From an uncultured Clostridium sp. (GTDB lineage Bacteria; Bacillota; Clostridia; Ch29): a stretch of DNA of 64,000 bases. This document shows positions 41,074 through 49,520 of the stretch, in pieces (position 1 is the stretch's first letter; every line of letters begins with the position of its first letter). The stretch is from assembly GCA_964625335.1 (NCBI GenBank), contig CAZVBE010000001.1:28463-92462 (forward strand), given 5' to 3'. Made by a program: the position numbers and the translations under genes. A model generated the notes under the pieces. The model did not search any database. It saw only the letters and a program-made list of their open reading frames with translations, and was not told where the DNA came from.

Positions 41074-43215
41074 ATGAGTTTTGACGTTGTAAGAGGAAAA
41101 GTTAATAAAATAAATCCGACTCAAAGTCTTGTGAAGAACATAACAAGATACTTTGAAAATAAACATGATAGTGGGACTTTATTTTTAGGTTATCCATTAT
41201 CAGCTGGATCAGAATCCAAAGTTACAATAGATGCACTACTAGTAAGTAAAAGGTGTGGCTTAATTGCATTCATTTTCCCGGAAGATAGTAATAGCCCTGA
41301 ATTAATAATGGAAGAGCAAGATACGCTTTATTATCATCTTGATTACAATTTTAAAAAGTATATCAGTCTTAAGAAAGGAAGAGATTTAGCCTTTGAACCT
41401 ATTGTAGTTTCAGTATTTCCAGATGACAGTTATCCAAATATTGAAGGAGAGTATACACTTATATCCATTGAAGAAATAGAAAAAGTATTGAATGAAAACC
41501 AAGATTTTAGTTTTGATGTTTATAAGAGATTATGCGAGGTACTTCAAAGAGTTGCAAATATAAAACCAAAGAAAAAACGTCAAAATGTTAAAAAGGAATT
41601 ATCTTTTGGTGGTAAGATTAAAAAAATTGAAAGGGAAATTGCTAATCTAGATCAGTGGCAAAAGAAAGCAGCATTAGAATTACCGGAAGGGCCTCAAAGG
41701 ATAAGAGGGCTAGCGGGTTCCGGCAAAACCATAGTTTTGGCACTTAAAGCAGCATATTTACATTCTCAATTTCCAGAATGGAATATCGCAATTACATTTT
41801 ACACAAGGTCATTATCTCAGCAATTTAAAGATTTAATAAGACAATTTTATTTTGAGTTTTCAAGTGAAGAACCTGATTGGGGAAAAGTAAATATTGTTCA
41901 TGCATGGGGAACAAGTTTCGAAAATGGCATATATTCAATTGCGGCAAGGTCAGTGAATGTTACACCGCTTAACTTTAACACTGCAAAAATGAAATATGGG
42001 AGAATAAATGCTTTTAGTGGTGTTTGCGAAGAGCTACTTCCATATTTTGGTGATGATTATGAACCAGTTTTTGATGCGGTCCTAATTGATGAAGCTCAAG
42101 ATTTACCTAGTACGTTTTATAAGATTATATTTCAATTAACAAAAAAACCAAAAAGAATAACTTGGGCGTATGACGAGTTGCAAAACCTTAGTGAAATTGA
42201 AATGCCATCTCTTGCAGAAATGTTTGGAAGAGATTCAGAAGGCAATTTAAATGTTATTTTAGAAAAAAACCCTGATGAAGCGCAAATGGATATAGTACTT
42301 CCAATATGCTATAGGAATCCGCCTTGGGCATTAACATTAGCTCATGCATTAGGATTTGGTATATATAGAGATAAAGGGATGATTCAGATGTTTGATGAAC
42401 TTAAGCTATGGGAAGATATTGGGTATCAGCGTATTAGTGGTAGGTTGCAATATGGAAATAAGATCATATTAAAACGAAGTACAAAATCAACACCAGAATA
42501 TTTTGCTGATTTATTAAAACCAGAAGAAAGCGTTCAATCAAAAGTATTCAAATCTGCCGAAGAACAATATAAATGGGTTTCAAATCAAATAAAGAATAAT
42601 ATTGAATATGATGAACTTGACCCTGACGATATTTTAGTAATTTTCCCTGATGCATACCGTTCTAATAAAGAGTCCATAGATTTTAGAAAGTCTTTAAATC
42701 AATTAGGCATTAAGTCTGTATTAGCTGGAGTAGATACAGATAGAGATACATTTAAAATGCCTGAATATATATCTTGTTCGAGTATATACCGAGCTAAAGG
42801 TAATGAAGCCCCCATGGTATATATTGTGAACGCAAATCATTGTTCTGATGGTTTGGAGTTAATTAAGTTAAGGAACATACTATTTACGGCGATAACAAGA
42901 TCAAGAGCGTGGATAAGAATATGTGGAGTTGGAGAAGGAATGGATTTACTCCAGGAAGAAATAAACAAATGTATAGAAAAGGGATATATTTTAGATTTTA
43001 AGTTGCCTACCAAAGAAGAGTTAGAATCAATAAGAAGAATAAATAGGGAAAGAACACAGGAAGAAGTGAAAAAGATAAACCTCGCTCAGAGCAATGTAAA
43101 GCAACTTATTGAAGGTTTTGAGAAAGGAGAATTAGATCCTGAATTGATACCAGAATTAGAAGTGTTACTAAATGTGTATAAAAAATCAAAAATGAGTGAT
43201 AACGAAGATGAGTAA
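41074..43215 (+). CDS. NERD-like N-terminal domain + superfamily-1 (UvrD/DUF2075-like) helicase/ATPase
   Basis: Walker A GLAGSGKT, Walker B VLIDEAQDL, then AYDELQNL, ICYRNP, SIYRAKGNEAPMVYIV and FTAITRSRAWIRICG. The N-terminal segment TIDALLVSKRCGLIAFIF is NERD-like. Confidence 0.75.
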   Translation: MSFDVVRGKVNKINPTQSLVKNITRYFENKHDSGTLFLGYPLSAGSESKVTIDALLVSKRCGLIAFIFPEDSNSPELIMEEQDTLYYHLDYNFKKYISLKKGRDLAFEPIVVSVFPDDSYPNIEGEYTLISIEEIEKVLNENQDFSFDVYKRLCEVLQRVANIKPKKKRQNVKKELSFGGKIKKIEREIANLDQWQKKAALELPEGPQRIRGLAGSGKTIVLALKAAYLHSQFPEWNIAITFYTRSLSQQFKDLIRQFYFEFSSEEPDWGKVNIVHAWGTSFENGIYSIAARSVNVTPLNFNTAKMKYGRINAFSGVCEELLPYFGDDYEPVFDAVLIDEAQDLPSTFYKIIFQLTKKPKRITWAYDELQNLSEIEMPSLAEMFGRDSEGNLNVILEKNPDEAQMDIVLPICYRNPPWALTLAHALGFGIYRDKGMIQMFDELKLWEDIGYQRISGRLQYGNKIILKRSTKSTPEYFADLLKPEESVQSKVFKSAEEQYKWVSNQIKNNIEYDELDPDDILVIFPDAYRSNKESIDFRKSLNQLGIKSVLAGVDTDRDTFKMPEYISCSSIYRAKGNEAPMVYIVNANHCSDGLELIKLRNILFTAITRSRAWIRICGVGEGMDLLQEEINKCIEKGYILDFKLPTKEELESIRRINRERTQEEVKKINLAQSNVKQLIEGFEKGELDPELIPELEVLLNVYKKSKMSDNEDE

Positions 43216-43888
43216 AAAAATTGTTAAATACAATAAGAACATCCAAAATACTGCTGAAGAGATGAACAATACAATGATTCTATTATTTGGTTTGAAATTA
43301 CTTTATTACTATAAAGAAGTAAGACCTCAATTTTCGAATGGAAAACAAATCATTACTTGGGATAATCATATACCTGATAGAGCAAACTGCGGCCCATTTT
43401 TTACTACTTTAAAACAATATGAACACATTCTTAAATCCGGTGCTTTTCACTGTATTTTGTTCGATGGTTCAATTATTAGATCTGCCTTTATATTTGATAG
43501 TAATAACTTGATTAATCATAGCCACCTGTGGTGGCCAGCACCTTATAATAATGAGAGTTATATTGAAGAAGTTACACCACAAAGCAAATATGAAGATTTT
43601 ATAAATGATTCTAATTGGAAAAAAAGATTGAGAATGAGAAGCCCTATTAGAATAGATTTTGATCCAAAAAATATGAATGATAATCATCCATTGGTTCATA
43701 TGCACATTCAGCACCAAGAGACAAGAATTCACATAGATAAGCCTATTTGTTTTAATAAGTTTGTAAAATATATTTTTCAAAATTTTTATTCTAGTATTGA
43801 TCTGGATTTTAGAAAATGGAATTTATTAGACTTTTCATATGAAAAATCAGAGATATATGGACACATTTCTTCTAGAATAATAATTTAA
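43208..43888 (+). CDS. small partner protein of the helicase (DUF2290-like, tentative)
   Basis: ATG overlaps the helicase stop (ATGAGTAA). 226 aa with an HPLVHMHIQH histidine cluster. The assignment rests on architecture and memory only. Confidence 0.45.
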   Translation: MSKKIVKYNKNIQNTAEEMNNTMILLFGLKLLYYYKEVRPQFSNGKQIITWDNHIPDRANCGPFFTTLKQYEHILKSGAFHCILFDGSIIRSAFIFDSNNLINHSHLWWPAPYNNESYIEEVTPQSKYEDFINDSNWKKRLRMRSPIRIDFDPKNMNDNHPLVHMHIQHQETRIHIDKPICFNKFVKYIFQNFYSSIDLDFRKWNLLDFSYEKSEIYGHISSRIII

Positions 43889-43937
43889 ATTTGAAGCTCT
43901 TTGAGTATCTAATATATTTGTTGTTGGCGCAGTTCTG

Positions 43938-44183
43938 TTGCTTCTTATAATCGGGGTTCAGGCGGTATTGTCCACTAGAAAGCGCGTGGTATTTAGGTAT
44001 ATTATGCCAGTGCTGTTCCTCATTCTTGCCGGATATAATTTGTACAAATCTTCTATATACAATCCCTATCCCACCATGCAAGAGGGTATGCTTATGACCT
44101 TTGGCATAATGGGATTTGGAATTTCTGCTGTTACGTTGGTCATTTGCAGGATAGTTCAAAAATATAAGGCCGGAAACAGATAA
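43938..44183 (+). CDS. small 3-TM membrane protein, possibly a truncated remnant (frame open from 43905)
   Basis: Hydrophobic ORF starting exactly where G+C rises again. No RBS seen. Confidence 0.3.
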   Translation: MLLIIGVQAVLSTRKRVVFRYIMPVLFLILAGYNLYKSSIYNPYPTMQEGMLMTFGIMGFGISAVTLVICRIVQKYKAGNR

Positions 44184-44199
44184 GAAGGCTTGGCCTGGA

Positions 44200-44538
44200 C
44201 TATTTCATATTTTTCATCCTTTTGCCCCAATCGGCCAGGGCTTTGAGGGCAGGGATAAGGTCTTTTCCGTTATCGGTCAGGGAATACTCAACCCGCGGGG
44301 GTATCTCCATGAATTGCTTCCGGTTTATGATACCATAGGCTTCCAATTCCTTTAGCGATTGAGTCAGCATCATGTTTGTAATTCCATCAATGCTCCTTTT
44401 CAATTGATTGTATCTCATAGTCCCATTTTTACTTAATGCCCAGATTATTGGCAGTCTCCACTTGCCGCCGATAAGGTTTAAAGCAAATGTTAACGGACAG
44501 TTGTCAAAGCTGCTTTTATACAATCCTTTGTCATTCAT
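44200..44538 (-). CDS. HxlR-family winged-helix transcriptional regulator
   Basis: CPLTFALNLIGGKWRLPIIWAL...PPRVEYSLT motifs. Confidence 0.85.
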   Translation of the reverse strand: MNDKGLYKSSFDNCPLTFALNLIGGKWRLPIIWALSKNGTMRYNQLKRSIDGITNMMLTQSLKELEAYGIINRKQFMEIPPRVEYSLTDNGKDLIPALKALADWGKRMKNMK

Positions 44539-44679
44539 AATACCACTCCAATACTCAGCTTAAACTTCCTTAAGCAGAAAATACTGCATACTTGTCACAA
44601 TCATTGTAACTGATACAATGATATCAAAGCTGACCTGGCAATCAAACATGTTTTTAATTTTTTAGAGAGGAAGATTAGT

Positions 44680-45222
44680 ATGAATATACATTATGAGGTA
44701 ATTTCCGAAGATAATATCAATTGCATTAGGGACTTGTGCAATGGCTTAATGGATTATCAAAAATCCATAGCGCATATCCATCCTGAGTTTTTCGATGGCA
44801 TGTGTTTTGAAACCAGAATGGTTCCGGCTGTCAAGAGTTCTAAAGCTAACTACATAGTAGCAGCTAAAGACGGTGATGAAGTGGTTGGGTATGCCTATAG
44901 CACCATTGCGCCAAAGGAGACATACTCCGGCGGTTTTGCTACTTTACAATGTGACGCCTTTTTTGACTTTGATTCTGTAGAAAATGCTGATGTGGGCTGT
45001 CTTTCCCAGTTTTTCATAAAAGAGGATTACCGTAATGCAGGAATTGGAAGCGTTCTGTTTGATAAGTCTATGGATTGGATATGTTCATTTAAGTCAATAA
45101 GAGATGTATTTATATTTGTATCAAACGGAAATGACGGTGCGTTGAAATTTTATGTGGATAAAGGTTTCAAAATCAGTCACCGGATACTGGATGGGTTTAT
45201 CACAGTGTTAAGGAATAACTAA
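44680..45222 (+). CDS. GNAT-family N-acetyltransferase
   Basis: YRNAGIGSVLF acetyl-CoA-binding motif (R/Q-x-x-G-x-G/A), 180 aa. Confidence 0.8.
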   Translation: MNIHYEVISEDNINCIRDLCNGLMDYQKSIAHIHPEFFDGMCFETRMVPAVKSSKANYIVAAKDGDEVVGYAYSTIAPKETYSGGFATLQCDAFFDFDSVENADVGCLSQFFIKEDYRNAGIGSVLFDKSMDWICSFKSIRDVFIFVSNGNDGALKFYVDKGFKISHRILDGFITVLRNN

Positions 45223-45253
45223 GCCCTGCTGCTTGATGTCTTAGGTTATTTAT

Positions 45254-45291
45254 ATTAAGTCTGCCTTATCGGGTGGACTTAATATTTTTTT
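45254..45291 (+). terminator. rho-independent terminator after the GNAT gene
   Basis: ATTAAGTC ... GACTTAAT stem followed by a T-run. Confidence 0.6.
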
Positions 45292-45371
45292 ATTATTTAT
45301 TGTACAATTAATAAAAAAATACGTTAAACTATGAAGGGATATTGAAAATATTTTCGTCTAGTTTAATGAAA

Positions 45372-45559
45372 GGGGACACACCGCTACTTGCGGGAATTCC
45401 TTGCTGCGGAATGTCCCCGAATGATAGACTTCGAGGTCAGGGACACACCGCTGCATATAAGGTCAGGGGACACACCTTTATAGCTGGTATTCCTTTATGG
45501 CCAAGGAATGTCCCCATTAGAACTCCTTGTTGCGGAATGTCCCCGAATGATAGACTTCG
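45372..45559 (+). repeat. array of hairpin-forming repeats upstream of the ECF sigma gene
   Basis: GGGGACACACC occurs three times (45372, 45440 lacking one G, 45466). Its partial complement GGAATGTCCCC occurs three times (45408, 45505, 45534). A 35-bp direct repeat CCTTG[C/T]TGCGGAATGTCCCCGAATGATAGACTTCG sits at 45399-45433 and 45525-45559. Confidence 0.8.
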
Positions 45560-45588
45560 GACTAGAGACAGAGGAAAGGGGGGGAGAG

Positions 45589-46137
45589 ATGAACTCAGAG
45601 GATATCATAATAAAAAAGGCGGCCGCCGGCGATAAAGCCGCCTATGAACAACTGGTGGATAAATACAAAGGATACGTATACGCAATCATTCTAGGCTTAA
45701 CAAGGGACAGCTTTCATGCCGAAAACATTGCCCAGGAGGTATTCCTGAAAATTTACATCTCTTTACCCCAGTATGAGTTCAAAGGTTTTAGGACCTGGAT
45801 AGGCAGGATTGCAACCCACAAGGCAATAGACTGGAAAAGGAAGCAGCAGAAGATACAGGCAAAGGAAAAGCTTGTGGCGGTGGAGGAGAACTTGCCGGCA
45901 CAAGAGGCCGGTAACAGCATTGAGGATGCTGTTATAAGGCAGGAGGATGCTATTAGAATCAGACATCTGTGCAGCCAATTGCCTGATAACTACAGAACGG
46001 TGGTTAAAAAGTACTACTTTTCGGGGAAGAGCTACCGGCAGATAGCCAGCGAGGAAGGTATAGCGGTTAAGACGGTGGAGACCAGACTCTACAGGGCAAA
46101 ACAGAAATTAAAGGAACAGTGGAAGGAGGGTGGTTAG
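45589..46137 (+). CDS. ECF (sigma-70 family group 4) RNA polymerase sigma factor
   Basis: ATG follows AGGGGGGGAG. Region 2 reads YKGYVYAIILGLT...AENIAQEVFLKIY. Region 4 HTH reads SYRQIASEEGIAVKTVETRLYRAKQKL. Confidence 0.9.
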   Translation: MNSEDIIIKKAAAGDKAAYEQLVDKYKGYVYAIILGLTRDSFHAENIAQEVFLKIYISLPQYEFKGFRTWIGRIATHKAIDWKRKQQKIQAKEKLVAVEENLPAQEAGNSIEDAVIRQEDAIRIRHLCSQLPDNYRTVVKKYYFSGKSYRQIASEEGIAVKTVETRLYRAKQKLKEQWKEGG

Positions 46138-46623
46138 ATGATGCATTTTACCCGGGAGGATTGGAAGGCCTTTTCGGAAGGTCTGGTAGAAGAAAAAAGG
46201 TATATAGCAATGGAGGAGCACCTGCTAATATGTAACACATGCGTTGAAATATACTTATCCTTTTTCCCCGAAGAAAATGCAGCCGGTTTCGCTAAAGAGC
46301 TCAGTCCACAGTTTACCTCCAACGTTATGAGCAGGATTGGCGGCTTGAAGCCACAAGGAAGGAGAGCAAAGAGCAGACAGGGAATCATTTCCTATTATAC
46401 CGCAGCAGCCTGTATAACACTGCTGCTAATGTCTGCGGGAGTATTTGAGGGCTTTGCCCATATGATACCAGTAATAACCCAGGCAAAAATACAAGCAGAA
46501 CATCCATTAGAAACTGATAACGGGAATCTAATCGAATTTGGATGGTCGGATAGGCTTTTAAACAATACTTTGACATTTATAGACTCGATAAAACCAAAGG
46601 GTGAAGAGGAGGTAATGTATTGA
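46138..46623 (+). CDS. anti-sigma factor (zf-HC2-like, single TM)
   Basis: HLLICNTC (Hx3Cx2C) motif and a central TM helix. It starts directly after the sigma gene stop. Confidence 0.7.
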   Translation: MMHFTREDWKAFSEGLVEEKRYIAMEEHLLICNTCVEIYLSFFPEENAAGFAKELSPQFTSNVMSRIGGLKPQGRRAKSRQGIISYYTAAACITLLLMSAGVFEGFAHMIPVITQAKIQAEHPLETDNGNLIEFGWSDRLLNNTLTFIDSIKPKGEEEVMY

Positions 46624-47441
46624 AAAAAAAGAGTAAGTTTGTAGTGTTTGTTTTATCGATTATACCGGGATTAAGCCATATTTATCTGGGGCTAATGTAT
46701 AGAGGGTATATATTTTTAGGAACAGCGGCCGCAGCCGTAGCCATAATTCTAGGACTTTCCGTGTTGTCCCATAGCGAGGGACCTTTGGTATTGCTGGCAG
46801 GACTGCCGGTCTTGTGGTTGGTTGCTCTGGTAGACAGTATGTCCCTGACTGCCAGGGTTAATGGCAGACGGGAGCTAAACGATGATACGGGGGACAGTCC
46901 CAGGATTGATATAGATATGGGGGAAAACAAAATGAGCGATCAGAACAGAAAAATTATAACCTGCCTGCTGTCTGTGGTTCCGGGGGCCGGGCACATGTTC
47001 ATGGGCTATCAGAAGCTTGGGCTGGAATTGATGACTCTGTTTTTCTTCTCCTTCTTTTTCATCGACTGGCTGAGGATTGGGTTTTTCATGTTCATAATAC
47101 CGGTAATATGGTTTTACAGCATGTTTGATGCCCTTAACAAGGCTTCCGGTGAAAGGGCCCCGGTTGAAGATAATCTTTCGGTACTGGATTTTATCGGCGA
47201 AAACAGATATAAGTGGAGCGGTTCCAAGCTGCTGGGATACGGGCTTATAGGTATAGGATTGCTGCTTATATTCGACAGGATAATCTCACCGATGATACCC
47301 TACGAAATCAGGAGTTATTTGCAGACGGGAATAGTTGCCCTGCTGTTTATATCAGGCGGTATTAAAATACTTATGGGCGGCCGTAAGGAGCCCAGTGTTA
47401 ACCAAGAGGAGGTAGTCGAGCAATGCGAAGATGGAGAGTAG
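46620..47441 (+). CDS. polytopic membrane protein with duplicated PG-x-[SG]-H-x-[YF]-x-G motif
   Basis: IIPGLSHIYLG and VVPGAGHMFMG repeats, several TM helices, overlapping start and stop with its neighbours. Confidence 0.6.
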   Translation: MKKKSKFVVFVLSIIPGLSHIYLGLMYRGYIFLGTAAAAVAIILGLSVLSHSEGPLVLLAGLPVLWLVALVDSMSLTARVNGRRELNDDTGDSPRIDIDMGENKMSDQNRKIITCLLSVVPGAGHMFMGYQKLGLELMTLFFFSFFFIDWLRIGFFMFIIPVIWFYSMFDALNKASGERAPVEDNLSVLDFIGENRYKWSGSKLLGYGLIGIGLLLIFDRIISPMIPYEIRSYLQTGIVALLFISGGIKILMGGRKEPSVNQEEVVEQCEDGE

Positions 47442-48349
47442 GGACCCTGTCCTTAGGAGTCTTGCTGATTGTCCTGGGTGTTATTATGCTGTCTGCACAG
47501 TTCAGGCAGGTTGCCATACTTGATATGCTGCTTACATGGTGGCCTTTGATACTTGTATTGATTGGAGGGGAAATACTTATACATGTCTATGCCGCGAAAG
47601 AACCCGAACCCAAAATAAAATATGATGCCTTCAGTATTTTTATAATAATGGTTATAGTATTTTTCAGCATAGGAGTATATTCCCTCACAGCCACCGGTGT
47701 CCTTGAAAGAGTTACCTGGATGGTGGAGAGCAGCATTATTCCGGTGGAGGTGCCTGATGACAGAATTGTTATAGACGAAGGGATAGAAAGGTTAGTGGTA
47801 TCCGCTCCCCGGGGAAAGCTTAACATTAAAAAAAGCAGCAATCCCGAAGTGGTAATTTTCGGGGAAGCCTTTGTAAATGCAGCCGACAGGGATGAAGCCA
47901 AAAGCTTGGTGGAGCAGAACCGAGTGGTTACCCACCGGGAAGGGGATACCCTCTTTGTACAGTTTTTATCCAATACCTGGTCGGGGGACTTCAAACCAAG
48001 CATCAGGGAAATACGACATACCATATTACTGCCCTCAGACAGGAACGTGGAGATTAGCGGACCCAATTATTTCAACCTTGATATTGACGGCGAGGCCCTG
48101 GGGAATGACTGGCTTATAAAAGGAAATGGAGTGCTCAACATCACAGCTGTAAAAGAGTCAGATCTAGCCATATCGGCACAGGTTAAAAGCCCCGGTCACC
48201 TTGGGGGAAACGTAAATTGGGAAACCGATGAAACAGCCCTTTCGATGAATGGAGGGTCTGTTTTGAAAGGACAACTCAAATGGGGGGAAGGTAATAACAA
48301 AGTAAATATTATAATTGATGGCGGTGAATTAGCGGTCAATGAAATATAG
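47423..48349 (+). CDS. membrane protein with LiaF/DUF4097-like beta-rich C-terminal domain (tentative)
   Basis: Three to four N-terminal TM helices and a beta-strand-rich C-terminus. It is co-operonic with the ECF sigma/anti-sigma genes. Confidence 0.5.
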   Translation: MRRWRVGTLSLGVLLIVLGVIMLSAQFRQVAILDMLLTWWPLILVLIGGEILIHVYAAKEPEPKIKYDAFSIFIIMVIVFFSIGVYSLTATGVLERVTWMVESSIIPVEVPDDRIVIDEGIERLVVSAPRGKLNIKKSSNPEVVIFGEAFVNAADRDEAKSLVEQNRVVTHREGDTLFVQFLSNTWSGDFKPSIREIRHTILLPSDRNVEISGPNYFNLDIDGEALGNDWLIKGNGVLNITAVKESDLAISAQVKSPGHLGGNVNWETDETALSMNGGSVLKGQLKWGEGNNKVNIIIDGGELAVNEI

Positions 48350-48362
48350 TATGTAAGCCAAG

Positions 48363-48405
48363 CCAAAGGCTCAGAATACTCAGTTCTGAGCCTTTGGTGT
48401 TTTTT
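48363..48405. terminator. bidirectional terminator between convergent genes
   Basis: CCAAAGGCTCAGA-atactcagt-TCTGAGCCTTTGG followed by a T-run. Confidence 0.85.
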
Positions 48406-48421
48406 AAACCCGGACTGTTTG

Positions 48422-49330
48422 TTAATCGTTGTCATTGTTATCTTGTCTGCGTGGTATACAAATAACTTGCCCTATTTGAAGGTTATCAGGGTCTATACCG
48501 GGATTAGCCCGTCTTATGGCTTCAACCGTTGTGTTAAATCTTCTGGCCAGAGCAAACAGAGTATCCCCTGACCTTATGGTATATGGTCTTGTATTCGCAG
48601 GGCACTCGTCGGGTGGTTCAGGTGTCACAGCCCGGGGGATGCAAATTATCTGGCCTACCCTCAGGGCTTCAGGGTCTATACCGGGGTTAGCCCGTCTTAT
48701 GGCTTCAACAGTTGTGTTGAATCTTCTGGCCAGAGCAAACAGGGTATCCCCTGCTCTAATTGTATATGGCCTTGTGCCGGCAGGACAGGTAACCGGAGGA
48801 CCAGGACGCGGTATGCATATCACCTGACCGATCAGCAGCGCATCGGGATTTACTCCGGGGTTTGCAGCTATTAGCGCTTCCAGAGAAACATTGAACCTTT
48901 GAGCTATGGCAAAGAAAGTATCTCCCGCTCTTATTGTGTAGGGCTCTGTGCCGTCAGGGCATTCATCCGGCGGTACTGCCAGCGGTATGCATATCACCTG
49001 GCCTATCATAAGCCTTTCGGGATCAATTCCCGGATTCGCCTCCAGCAAATCGTCCAGGGACACATTAAAGCGGCGGGAAATGGCAAACAGAGTATCCCCG
49101 GCGCGTATTGTGTAGAAGTTGCCTCCAGGACAGGATGGGAAAATAGGCTGTCTGGGGATGCATATCACCTGACCAACCTGAAGGAAATTGGGATTCACAT
49201 TGGGGTTGGCCGATATTAACGCCGGCACCGTTGTGTTAAACCGCTGCGCAAGTGAGAAAAAAGTATCACCCGGCCTTATGGTATATGCTACTGTGTTTGG
49301 GGGGCATTGTCTCCCCATAAAGTTATACAC
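48422..49330 (-). CDS. protein with five tandem LysM peptidoglycan-binding domains
   Basis: Five copies of YTIR[AS]GDT[LF]F..A.RFN....L..ANP...P..L..GQVICIP joined by Cys-Pro linkers (CPGG, CPDG, CPAG, CPAN). Confidence 0.9.
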   Translation of the reverse strand: MYNFMGRQCPPNTVAYTIRPGDTFFSLAQRFNTTVPALISANPNVNPNFLQVGQVICIPRQPIFPSCPGGNFYTIRAGDTLFAISRRFNVSLDDLLEANPGIDPERLMIGQVICIPLAVPPDECPDGTEPYTIRAGDTFFAIAQRFNVSLEALIAANPGVNPDALLIGQVICIPRPGPPVTCPAGTRPYTIRAGDTLFALARRFNTTVEAIRRANPGIDPEALRVGQIICIPRAVTPEPPDECPANTRPYTIRSGDTLFALARRFNTTVEAIRRANPGIDPDNLQIGQVICIPRRQDNNDND

Positions 49331-49520
49331 TGAAATATCACCTCCTCAATATAAGGTATTCAAAGTATGAAAAAAAGTTCTGAAAAGGAAAAAATTATTA
49401 GCTGTACACAACCCGACCGAAAAGTATTGACAGGTAATAGGCACTGCGAATACACATAAAGGGAATTGGGATAAGCTGTCGAATTAGATTATTAATAGAT
49501 AATACAGGGGAGGTAAGAGT

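Larger units (their letters stand above)
37546..43935. other. AT-rich accessory island carrying defence-type genes
   Basis: Hand-counted sample lines: 20/60 G+C at 38041-38100 versus 34/60 at 37141-37200. Lys/Asn/Ile-rich proteins. Five same-strand genes unrelated to the flanking metabolism. Confidence 0.75.

Noticed and set aside
37546-43935. Calling the island a prophage, IS, transposon or ICE
   Set aside because: No integrase, transposase, recombinase, terminal inverted repeats or direct repeats are visible. I describe it only as a compositionally foreign island.
45372-45559. Possible CRISPR array
   Set aside because: There are only two or three copies. The repeat units differ in kind and are inverted relative to each other, the spacing is irregular, and there are no cas genes.
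45342-45635. 97-aa ORF spanning the repeat array upstream of the ECF sigma gene
   Set aside because: Its sequence is dictated by the nucleotide repeats (the peptide CCGMSPNDRLR occurs twice). It is Arg/Gly-rich, has no RBS, and runs into the real sigma-factor start at 45589. I treat it as non-coding repeat DNA.
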